Positions 44,434-64,000 of a stretch of DNA of 64,000 nt are shown here, piece by piece. The stretch comes from Hormiphora californensis (lineage: Eukaryota > Animalia > Ctenophora). Both the position numbers and the translations under genes were made by a program. Below the pieces are notes generated by a model. The model searched no databases. It saw only the letters and a list, made by a program, of their open reading frames with translations, and had not been told where the DNA came from. The number at the start of each line of letters is the position of its first letter. The first letter of the stretch is position 1. Location of the stretch: positions 5,084,001 through 5,148,000 of the forward strand of contig CM035360.1 in NCBI GenBank assembly GCA_020137815.1. The letters run 5' to 3'.

Positions 44434-46203
44434 GCGGCATTGTTATGGGCGATCAAATAAAAGATCAAATAGCTACCTGTAAAGAGGGATACGATCCAGC
44501 TACTAATACATATGAGGTCCTCTACGATTGTATTTATAAGGTGCTCTGTACTTCGGCAACGGAACTCAAAGTCGGAGTAGAGACTGGTAAGAAATTTAAA
44601 AAATCAAACCGCTTTTATTTTTTCTTAAAAAAGACAACCCTTCCCCCCGGGCCTTCTTGATATTACGCAAAATAGGGAAAAAAGGGCCTTTATTTGATTA
44701 GTGAGTCAAAACATGACATTGTTATACTCTTGTTTGCCACACATAGTGGCGTGGTCTTATATTGTGCATAATATGCATATAATTACAACCCCCATTCCAT
44801 GCTGATCATCCCATGCTGATCATCAGATTGGATATTCATTTTTTAGACGGGGGGGTTTCCCAATCATCTCAAAACACCCCTACCAATACAATAGTACCAA
44901 TAAAATCATCCATTACCTATTCATTTTCTATTTCAAAACTTTACCCCCCCCCCCCTTTATTCAGAGGTTTCCCTTTTAAGGGAATTCTGGGTTTTTAAAG
45001 AGAGGATGTTGAATGACCCCAAAATACAATCCCACCTGTTGAACACCCCTGTTTTCCGGGTTAAAGGTTTTTAAGGGGAAAAAACAAACTGCCCTTTAAA
45101 AAAGTAAAATTTAATTGGGGTTTTGGTTGGGTCAAAGAAAAATTGCAAGGGGGCTTGAAAAGAACTTTTACATTCATCCCCCATTTAAGGGTTTTGTTTT
45201 AAGGCGAAAAATTTTTGGGTGTGGAAAACTAAGTCTCATGGAAATTTCTTTTATCAAATTTTTGAAAGTGCTAAAACTAATTTACAGTTTTTGGCGGTTA
45301 AATTTAAGCCTTTTTCGAAATAGTCCAAAAAACCAATATCTCCAGAAACCCTTTTTAAATTACATGAAATACAAAAAACTTTAGTTAGACCGCAAAATTT
45401 TTTTGGTAGTTTGTCCCCAACAATTCGGGGGACCCAAAAAAAGGTTTTTAAAGAGGTTTAGAAAATCAATATGAAATTTCAAAACTAATTTTCAAATTTT
45501 TTGGGTGAGGAAGAGTTGTAAAATCAAAAACGTGTTTTAAAAAAAGTTTTATTGTCGGATATTGGCCAAAAGGATTCCCCAACAACAGTTTGTTTTCAAA
45601 GGGGAGAATCAAACTTTTCTACCGGTCGTCATGCCGGGAAAAAGATCCATCTTGAAAAAGTTGGAACAAATTACCCTTTAACTCCATGGATAGCAATTCT
45701 AATCGGGCCCCGTTAATATTTAAATCCCAGAACCCAGAAGGTAAAAGTTGGAGAGAAGTTATTAATTGAATTTAAAATTTTTGGGTCAGAGAGTTTAATC
45801 CAAACATTGTCTCCACTGAGGTAACGAGGGGAAAAGGGGAAGATATTATTTAACCATCGGAAAAACCTTCCACCATGTCTTTTCAATGTTTCTTCGGGCC
45901 TCGTTAAAATTTTTCGGGGGGTGGAAGCAGAGAAGGTGAAGGTACAATTTGGGCTAGGGGTTTCACTTTCCGAACCAAGACAAAGGAAAGTCCGGGGAGT
46001 CCAAATTGGGGGGGTGCGCTTTCTAGTGGGCAAGTTTGCAAAACCCATGCTTTTCCCAACCCCCGGAACCCGTGAAAAGTCCAGTTGGGCCCCGAGTAGA
46101 AAAGGGAATAAAAAAAACCGGAAAAAAGTTGAAACAGTACCACAGTATGAAGGCAGAGTACGACCGGTTAGATAACAAGAAAAACAACGGGAAAAAGATC
46201 TGA
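44434..46203 (+). CDS. Uncharacterised protein, partly corrupted by sequence errors
   Basis: Clean exon 44434-44586 (AG..GTAAG; MGDQIKDQIATCKEGYDPATNTYEVLYDCIYKVLCTSATELKVGVET). Probable long exon from ~44828 with many frameshifts, ending SMKAEYDRLDNKKNNGKKI* at 46203. Confidence 0.4.
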
Positions 46204-46881
46204 AAATAGACTGATATTATTAAATATATAATGATCGATCTGGGGACAGTTCAAGGTGTGAGTGTGTGATTTCGTAGTCAGAGTTTGGCGGAGTGAGGTA
46301 AAGAAACTGATATTTTTTCCAGATCTCTATCAACTTTCAACTCATTTTTCGGTCTAGTTCTTAATTCAATGGTCCCACACAACATTTTTGTTTACATCAC
46401 CCAATTATGTTGGGCTTATAATAGCTGATAATTCTACCATTTTGTTGATTCTGTGCATGTATAATTAATTGTTACAGTTGTGACACAGTGAGCAGAGCCT
46501 ATAATTATCACAAACAGATTTGGAAGATTCTATGTAGAATATGTAGCATGAATATTCTGAGCAATATGTTATGCCTCTCCAGCAACAATACAGAAAGAAT
46601 CGATTCTCCGTTATTAATTCAATCCATGACTGTAGACTAATTCGAGGCTATAATATTTCATCCAATGAGAAAGGCTTCAGTTGTTCAATCTACGACAGCT
46701 GTGTTAGAAAAGCCGATTATTTTTTACCACGTTTTGATAAGTACTGTGTGTTGTTCACCAAATGTTAAATTTAGCAAACCACTGTGTTTCAAGTTTATTA
46801 CAGTCAATTAAATAATTAATAGTTAATAATTAATAGTATTCTTCACAAAGTCAGTCAATATCCAGCTAGAATATCATCACA

Positions 46882-48669
46882 TCATGACTTTGATCCACCA
46901 AACACACCTGCAAGACAGTGCTGGTGGGTGGACGTTGCAGTTTCCTCAGCTATATCATCCCACGAATCAGGATCAACAGCTGTAGACTTCCTCTTCTGCT
47001 TCTTTGTAACTTGCAGAACCTTGATGTCCCTGATGTTACTATACGGTACCTTCCCATCCTTCGGTATAAAGTTATTACAATTCAGGCCCATACTTTGGAC
47101 CCTCTTTCTGTGTAGATACTCCTTGGTACTCCTCTTGAACGCCGTGTATGCCACCCCCACCGCCATCACATTTGCGTAAAGAAACACATAAAACAGAATG
47201 ATAGCAATGGTCATAAGGAACATGTCCCGTCCGTGGCAGTGATTTAGTGCCGGATATCCGTTAGGTAAGATCTTGAGACAAGGATAATCCTGCTCCCATT
47301 CCCACACCGTTCCATTACACTCAAACAAATCTCCCTCCTCCAACTCCCAACTAGGGAACCTCTCCACCGTTAGAAAGTGCCCCAGATCGGGATGGTAATG
47401 TTTCCCTGGTTCGTGTATCTCCGTAACATTGCTAGGCACCGTCCAATACGCCCATACATGATGTCCTGCATGGGGTATAGTCACCTCAACCCTGTCCCTA
47501 ATACACCACCAATCCATGTGTGAGGTACGTCTGATTATGGAGGTATCTTGTCGTGCGGGGATGGTTACAACCTCTATTTTGGTTGGAGATCCCTGTGCTT
47601 CAGCTAGCTGGCACCTCCACCAGTTGTTTTGTACAGAGTGGGAGATGTTTAGGGAACACGCAGTCACATCCCACTCTATCTAAATGGAGGGGGGCTGGAG
47701 TTTACTGGGAAGGAAGATTGAACTGCCCTTTTCTGTGACAAACAGGGTGACTCACCCGCCCACCCGGTGAGGGTTTGAGCGACTTGTTTTGGTTACCTAC
47801 CTCTCTGATATCCGGGGTAGGTTGCGGTATGCAGCCTGGTTCGGTGGATGGTTGTACGACCCCCACCATAGGTCTCTCACGGGGTGTCTCCTTCTCGTTG
47901 AGGCCACTGATCTGCAGCTGTGGGGTCATGTAAAGACTTGCACAGTAGAGCTGGATTAACTGAAGAGAGAGAGGAGGGGATATTAGGTCACGGTCAGGTT
48001 GTATAGTAAACATGTAATTCTTGCTCTGCTTTTGAGCTGAGTCAGAGATTGGCCCTTAAGGGCTTAACTTGGAAAATGGTCTGGTATGGAATTGTGAGAC
48101 GAGCTGATTTGTTGTTGCTGGAGAAAGGGGGGGGGGTGGCTCTTCTGCAATCATTGAGGGGATTGAAGAGATCTCCGTCTCGACTGTATGATTGTGTGTG
48201 ACCTGGTTTGTTGTTGTGTATTGTGTGATATTGTCGAGTTGAGTTGCTATAGGGGGTCATCGAGAGCATTTGTAAAGCCTCATTATGATACAGGGGTCAG
48301 GGATCATCGCAATTACTAGTCTGATCTCACAACAACAATCTCACTCTTTACTTTGTTGTTTAAAGGGTCTCAGAGCTTCTCAGATGCGTCAACCCCTTTC
48401 ATGTGACAACAACTCTTTCCCCGAATACGGATAACAAAAGCAGACCAGACTTCATGTGTCAATAATATCAATGTAATCCCCATGATTCATGAATCCCCAT
48501 CTTTACCTACCTCACCAGGCTTCATAATGATCACATAATGTCTGAGGACTTCGTGGGCATCATTTGATATGATCCTCTTGTATCTCGCCCATCTATCAGA
48601 CGCCACAAACCTTCCCCCACTACCGTCAACTAGATATGATAGGAAAGAGAGAAGCAAGACACGATACAT
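46882..48669 (-). CDS. Type-I single-pass membrane glycoprotein with possible Ig-like ectodomain, ~386 aa
   Basis: Phase-0 exons 48669-48511, 47959-47756, 47679-46882. Signal peptide MYRVLLLSFLSYLVDG; IIMKPGE-LIQLYC; several NxS/T sites; TM FLMTIAIILFYVFLYANVMAVGVAY; basic cytoplasmic tail; AATAAA at ~46794-46799. Confidence 0.72.
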
Positions 48670-49705
48670 TTCAATTGGAGACTGTTCACTGGCACTTGCA
48701 GGTTCTAGATGAGATACATCCAAAACTGCAGTCATACCGGAACTGGCTCATTTGGTACACCTGTCAATCCATCTGCTATCTATTCAATCTATAGATAGAA
48801 GTATACTCTTGAATTCACTAGTTCAGGAAATGGTCATTGTTCAGTCATTCTACCTCAGATGCACCAGGCGTGGGTCCCAACTCCAACCAAAACACCTGCA
48901 CCACAATTTCCCGCCACCGAAGTGTGACATCGCCCTGTCGCACTGGTTACCGTCACGTTTCCGTTGCGCGCGGTACACAAATTACTGAAAACAGCGCGCG
49001 GCCAGACTCTCGTGGTCCCCGCCCTCGCGCGAGAACAGCACCAAACCAGGCATCGCGCGCTACATCCAGTGCTGATTCACAGTTTATTTTCAACATGGCA
49101 ATGTGACGGTATTCCAAGCAACCTCACACGAACACCGCCACCAACCAGTTTGGCCATTGGCAGAGAACAAATAACAATTTCCTGGTTCAAAAAAAACGGG
49201 GAAAACAGTAATTTTGTCTAACAAATAACACACACGTGCACAAAATAAGAATGTCTCGCATTGTTTTTGTTCAGTTTCAAGACAGCAGCAGGAATGGGAC
49301 TCGATACTGGGCTGCCACAATATATCACCATCATTGCAAAACAGACAGGTAGAGATCGTCTCTCTTGGGGTCCTGATACACACACAACACGGTAAACACG
49401 TACAAATAAAAACACAACATAATTTTCAGCCCTAACTTGCTGAATTAATAGCTGTTAAATTCTTGGCCTGGGGCGCTTGCCGGCGCTGTGGTTCGTTTTT
49501 GTTAGGGTACTAAAATACACACGGGCCTAAAATATCTATCTCTCTCTCTTAGAGTACTGTCTCAGATGTCTTATTCGATTTGTTATTACATCTCCCGCTC
49601 CCTCCTGGACCCGGCTGTTCCTGATGGTGACCACCTCCTCCTCCCCTTGCTGCCGGGTCTTCTGAATTCGTCAGGGTGATCTTTATCACAACGTCGTCCA
49701 ACGAA

Positions 49706-58369
<8,664 letters not shown>

Positions 58370-59567
58370 GTCTCCTTCCTACTATATTGATGACAGAGGG
58401 TTAGTACTCAAGTACTGTTGTATTGCCTTGCTTGACCCCGTAAAGGAGGGTTAGAAAATAACAACTTTTGTAGTAGCTTGGGAGTTAGGAGTACTTGGGA
58501 TATGATAGACATGCACTCTAGAGTTTAGAGTACTCTACAGGCCCACTATAGATACAAGTAAAGGCATAACAAAGGAGTTGTATAAGTTCCTGCACTACAT
58601 GAACAACAATAATAAAATATACTAGGATAGTATAATAATATCCATAGCGGGGGGATATAACGCATAATTAGAGGGAATATATGCGAATAATATATTATTT
58701 AGACCGGCCCCCTGGACAAATTAACACCGCCAACAATCCATGCACTGCTGCACCTGATAATACTATGGGTATATGTAGTAGTATAGGTATATTATACGTC
58801 ATAATATAGATTTTGAGCAATAAAGGGAAACAGAGAGAACTGGGGTCAAACAAGGGTCAGCATTGAGAGCTGTTACTTTCTTGAGTATTACTCCAATAGA
58901 TAGACAATTACTGAGAAAGGGGAATATGCCGCAAAAGCAAAAAAATAAAGAGAAACAGCCTAGTATAATAGCAGCATTTATATTGTTCAGCCTGGTTAAC
59001 GCAGCTTAGCCTCGAGCTGCATAAAAAGTGGACGAAAGTCGAAAGTAACAGACAAAATATGGCAAAAATCTATACCCCTCTCTCACCCCTTACTCAAAAA
59101 ATACAGGTTGGGAAAATCTTCGTGGACAGAGACGTAATGAAACCAATCATTGGATGGCGGGACCAAGCTAGATAACTGCGTCGAAAGAGGGAAAAGAGGG
59201 AGAACAAAAGGAGGGAAAGAAAGCCAAATTGTCGACCATCTTCTTTCTCTGTGCAGATATGATCAGCCAGACAATAAAATGAGTGTCATACAAATTTCGA
59301 TAATAGCCCTCAACAATATCGAAACTCAATCAGTATTAATGAAATTCGAAACAAATGTCGGGGTATAAAAACTAATTCTATAAGGCTTGTAAAATCAACT
59401 ATCAAGAGAGTAGCGTCGGTAACTATAAAACTTTCAACAGTTTCTTTATGTCTCCATTCTTCTCTCTCTCTCTCTCTTTTTTTCTCTCTCTCTCTCTTTT
59501 CTTTTTTTCTTTATTCTCGCCAACTAAATCCATTACAATTTATCCATTTCTCTACACACACACGGTT

Positions 59568-59924
59568 CTAACAAAGCAGAGATTTGTGTACGGGAGGTAT
59601 CTTATCCAATCGAGGCAGCTGACTACCATCCGCCTCCTTGATCTCATCATACCTCACCTCCCTCTCAATCTCATAGCCAAGCTTCTTAAAGATGGCCTGA
59701 GAGTAGACACCCGTTCCAATGGATATACCGTGAGTGCAGCCCTTACTCTTAGCCAGCACCTCCGACGCAACAATCAGCCTCTCACCCAAACCATGGCCCC
59801 TGTGGTCCGGATGAACCACAAGAAATGTGTCGGAGAGAATCTTATCAGTGGAGAACCTCTCGAAAAAGGGTGTTTTATCGTACCCCGCAGCAGCGAACAT
59901 GATGGGGAGACGTGTGAAGACAGC
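59568..59924 (-). CDS. C-terminal exon of a GNAT, insect-type arylalkylamine/dopamine N-acetyltransferase-like; 5' exons not found
   Basis: Acceptor TTACAG, then AVFTRLPIMF...FFERFSTDKIL...LVVHPDHRGHGLGERLI...AKSKG...GTGVYSQAIFKKLGYEIEREVRYDEIKEADG...IPPVHKSL. Shows the acetyl-CoA motif RGxGLG and the iAANAT-like TGxYSQ and PPxH motifs. Confidence 0.8.
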   Translation of the reverse strand, partial: AVFTRLPIMFAAAGYDKTPFFERFSTDKILSDTFLVVHPDHRGHGLGERLIVASEVLAKSKGCTHGISIGTGVYSQAIFKKLGYEIEREVRYDEIKEADGSQLPRLDKIPPVHKSLLC

Positions 59925-60085
59925 CTGTAAGTGTGCACACAGCAGAGCTGGTGTAAGCTGAAACGCATGTAAAACACAATTACATGCGGGGATAACAATT
60001 ATACCTCACATTCAACAACTTATATAGTACTTAAATAGCAGTTGCTGTCTGGCGGCGCCAGACCTCGTTTAAATTCTCAGTGGAT

Positions 60086-60170
60086 CTGTCAGGCCAATGC
60101 TCTGACCACAGTTCTCGCGCGCTCCGCGTTTGAGAGAAATGAGAATAGGGTCAGGCCAATGCTCTGACAG
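60086..60170. mobile_element. 85-bp MITE, same family as 10381-10452, opposite orientation
   Basis: CTGTCAG..CTGACAG ends; TSD CAGTGGAT/GAGTGGAT (1 mismatch). Confidence 0.8.
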
Positions 60171-60433
60171 GAGTGGATCAACTGAGCGCGCTGAGAATCG
60201 GCTCGGTTGTTTGAAAAACGTATGTCTAATTCAGACTATATGAAAATTATTGCTTCACTAAAATGTTCAGTGAAGCAAATATTTACGAAATAATTTACTG
60301 CACAACTGAACGCATCTAATTATTTTATTTGTTCGAGGTCGAACTCCCACGTAGTAACGCGAGTTGTTGCAACATCGCTCAGCGATCGAGACAATGCAAA
60401 TGGGGGAGATATCTCTTGAAAGCAGTGGGTGAC

Positions 60434-60494
60434 CTGTCTGGCGCCGAGACCCATCTGAGCGTACTGTCAAATGGGGTATGGCGCCGCCATACAG
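60434..60494. mobile_element. 61-bp MITE, same family as 10582-10674
   Basis: CTGTCTGGCGCC..GGCGCCGCCATACAG; TSD TGGGTGAC/TCGGTGAC (1 mismatch). Confidence 0.75.
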
Positions 60495-60949
60495 TCGGTG
60501 ACAGGGGCACATATAGATCAGAGGGTCATTATAAAACTCGATGTCTCGTTCGAGACATCGGCATATAATGGAACACGTACAGCTGCAGCACATACAATAT
60601 CCCCCCTCCCATTCTAACATAATACCCCTCCCTCCTTCTGATCCCCCTACCCCACTCCCCCATTCTAACATAATACCCCTCCCCCTCCCCTCCATCCCCC
60701 CATTCTAACATGTGGTGGCTTTAACATGTAACATTGTCTAGCTGGAATCATAAGTAGTTTGTTTTTAGAGTTTTTTTAGAAGATATGAACCCCGATCATG
60801 TCAGTCACTCCTTTTCCCAGCCGACCTTACTAGGCTAACAATCATCGGCATCCTACTAAATAACTACTTAGTACAAACAGAAATATATCGATTACAAGTC
60901 GCGACTGAGTTATAGGATCGCTAACACCTGTAAATTAGGATCAGAGCGC

Positions 60950-60981
<32 letters not shown>

Positions 60982-61178
60982 GAGAGAAAGAGAGAGAGAG
61001 AGAAAGAGAGACAGAGGTAGGTAATTATGAGACTGAAACCAACTGGGAAATTAATGTGGCTTGCAGCATAAACAAATCAAAGCAACTCTGATGGAAGTGT
61101 GAATGTGGCCGTGGTTTCAAGAGAGGGGGGCAAGAGAGAGAAAGAGGGCCCGGGCAGAGAGAGAGAGAGAGTGAGAGA

Positions 61179-61261
<83 letters not shown>

Positions 61262-61806
61262 GAGAGAGAGAGAGATGGTAAAATGGGTATTTTAGCGTGC
61301 ATGCGTGACAACCAAATTGTAGTGAACCATGTCCGATGTATGACACAATGAAGAGGTTGCAAGTCACGTAATGTACACATGTCGAACCAGTCGAACATGG
61401 TATGGGGGTAACCTGTGCCCTAATATCACACTAACGGGATTGATCGTGTCTCCCCCTTCCCTCCTTCCACACCAAATACTGTGCACGAGACGACAGAGAA
61501 GGAGGAAAGGGTGTCGGAGCCCTAAACTATAGTCTATCATGGTTGCAGGGATCGTAATATGAACACGCCCCCTCCCCTCCCTTCCCTGCCATACCCCTTG
61601 ATTACACCACCATTTACAGAGATGCAATATGGGAGTAACTAGCCCCTTAGTTGAAACTTGATTATGCATACATACTGACAATATAATCTGAGTTACGCTG
61701 AAAGAGATAGATAGAGAGAGAGAAAGAGAGATAGAAGCTGAGAGAAAAGAGAGAAAGAGATAGCAAATCAGTAAAAACTCTCTCATATTTGATTGGAATA
61801 TTGCAC

Positions 61807-62013
61807 TCAGAAAGCAACGCTCCACCTCTTCTTCGCGTCGTTACTGGTGGAGAATGCTGGGCGATAATTATCTAGGCCCACACTCCTTTTAGTGGCATGT
61901 GTTAAAATGCAGGAAATATGTTGTTCGGTGGAATTGCGACAAGCTAAATGAAAACCGAAAACGCAACGAGAAAAAAGGAAAATATTGAAGATGAAATGAC
62001 GACAAGCAGACAT
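61807..62013 (-). CDS. Candidate small secreted protein or first exon (68 aa)
   Basis: MSACRHFIFNIFLFSRCVFG (signal-like), Cys pair, NST site, KR and KKR sites. Possible downstream exons near 61520-61310 and 60927-60843 are unresolved. Confidence 0.3.
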   Translation of the reverse strand: MSACRHFIFNIFLFSRCVFGFHLACRNSTEQHISCILTHATKRSVGLDNYRPAFSTSNDAKKRWSVAF

Positions 62014-62211
62014 GCTAGCTGTACCCCCTGGACGGTACAAAGCAATCATTTTATCCCATTGTGTTATCCCTCTAACAATCTCACTGATCAATTGTCCCTC
62101 TCTATCTCTCTCTCTATCTCTCTCTCTCTATCTATCTCTCCCTCTGTCTCTCCCTCTGTCTCTCTCTCTCACCCTCCCTCTTTCTCTCTCTCACTCGCTC
62201 TCTAACCCTCT

Positions 62212-62272
<61 letters not shown>

Positions 62273-63366
62273 CTCTCCCTCTGTCTCTCTCTCTCCCTGT
62301 CCCTCTCTCTCACCCTCCCTCTTTCTCTCTCTCACTCTCTCTCTATCCCTCTATCTTCTTTCTCTCTCTCTCACCCTCCCTCTCTCTCCCATGCCAATTT
62401 CGAGTGCAACAAGTCCTGCATCTTACTTGGTTGGCCGGTAGAAGTGATGAAGTACGATGCCCGGGAGAAGTGTGAGACAAAAATTAGTAACAAGAAACGG
62501 AGATGACAGTTAGTCGGAATAACGAAACAGCTATCTATTTATCCATAGCGCTGTATTTCCCTACTACCCATTTTCAAGGATTACGATATTTAATAGCAGT
62601 TAGAGAAGTCTAGATATTGCATAGATATTACCTTTATGAAATGCGTATACTAATGAGATGAAGCTAAGATAAAGTGAAGGCTGAAGAGATAGCAAAGGAA
62701 AATGCTAATGAAACGGTTTCTAAAAAAAGAATTCTTTCAAGAAGAAGGAGGACAATGCAATCTACAATAAGATTGACCGCATCAAAAACAGATCCCCATT
62801 TTTAGACCTGACTTGTAAACGAGAAAGTGTTTTAATCATACACAACTTCACTGTCCATACCTTTACCATGCCTTGCTCGACCTTCTCTCACTGCGCCCCG
62901 GCGCACAATGCTGCGACAGGCTGGTTTGCCGGGCGTGACTAAGACTTAAAATCCGTTGCACACGTAATCTTTGTGCGTGCATATTGTAAAAGAGGGTTAG
63001 AAAATAACAAACATTTAACTTTGCAGCAGCTAGAACAATTCTTCAGACTGCTCTACAGCAGCAGTCTAAGATATGCCAGTCTGACACTAAAATAGCTCTA
63101 TTTGTGAGCATTTAGCGAGGGCTAAAGAAATAATTACAGATAGAGGTACTACTTTTTGAGAAATGTCTATAGAATACAGGTAAAATTGGACAACTAAAAA
63201 ATATAAAACTCAGTCCACTTCTTTTTAATTTTATCATTTCGCAGTCGATTACTAACAACGCGTAGAAAAACTCATAAAACGGAGTAGAGAGAAAAAATAT
63301 TATTGCTTAATAAAAAACGATGATCATAATGTCGGGAAATGAAAAACAGACCTCCATAGCTGGAGA

Positions 63367-63679
<313 letters not shown>

Positions 63680-63874
63680 AACCTAATGATCATCACAATA
63701 TAAGCCTGGCCGGTCTCTGATACCAACAAATTACGACAAATGATCGTTGTATCACTGGGCATATACGTAATTAAAACGCAGCTACCCCAGTGGTGCTCGA
63801 TTGCTTAACGTTCAAATTGAATTGGCCGTTCAAAAAAGCGTTGCCGTTGGAAAATTTCAGTAAAAAATGTAAAA

Positions 63875-63948
63875 TTCATGTGCGGGATTTGAACCCGGTA
63901 CCTTGCGTGTGGTAAGTATGGCGCCTTAGCCACTCGGCCACATCGGAG
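63875..63948 (-). ncRNA. tRNA-derived Pol III cassette (pseudo-tRNA or SINE head)
   Basis: Minus strand has A box TGGCCGAGTGG and B box GGTTCAAATCC, followed by TTTT. Anticodon and acceptor stems do not pair. Lies ~90 bp from a CCCAGTG motif at 63786. Confidence 0.6.
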
Positions 63949-64000
63949 ATGTAGATTGTCGTTTTTTAACGGCTTTATACCTTATTCGTGTCACTAATAC

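Noticed and set aside
41800-44440. Phe/Pro/Lys/Gly-rich ORFs, also at 6.6-9.1 and 11-12.4 kb
   Set aside because: Homopolymer-inflated low-quality consensus.
63875-63948. Functional tRNA gene here or at 54680-54763
   Set aside because: A and B boxes are present but the acceptor and anticodon stems do not pair.

Overview
Eukaryotic, intron-rich animal genomic DNA with abundant (AG/TC)n microsatellites, many small DNA-transposon insertions, error-prone homopolymer stretches (about 6.6-9.1, 10.9-12.4 and 41.8-46.1 kb) and a 100-N gap. It looks like an invertebrate, possibly a ctenophore; this is an inference from overall style only. I assembled gene models by hand across splice sites. They are: SENP8/DEN1 (partial, minus strand), stand-alone MOCS2A, an intron-containing bacterial-type ureohydrolase (HutG/formimidoylglutamase-like), tRNA-Arg(TCT), a 10-exon SLC18B1-like MFS transporter, two convergent paralogous class-A GPCRs that both carry the amine-binding Asp3.32, an Ig-like type-I membrane protein, and the C-terminal exon of an insect-type arylalkylamine N-acetyltransferase. 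The main hypothesis is that the ureohydrolase, vesicular amine-family transporter, amine-type receptors and amine acetyltransferase together form an unconventional amine signalling module. The mobile-element content includes branched multi-hairpin foldback elements, very small CTGT..ACAG MITEs with 8-bp TSDs, a Helitron with its empty site visible, and CCCAG-ended elements carrying tRNA-like cassettes.
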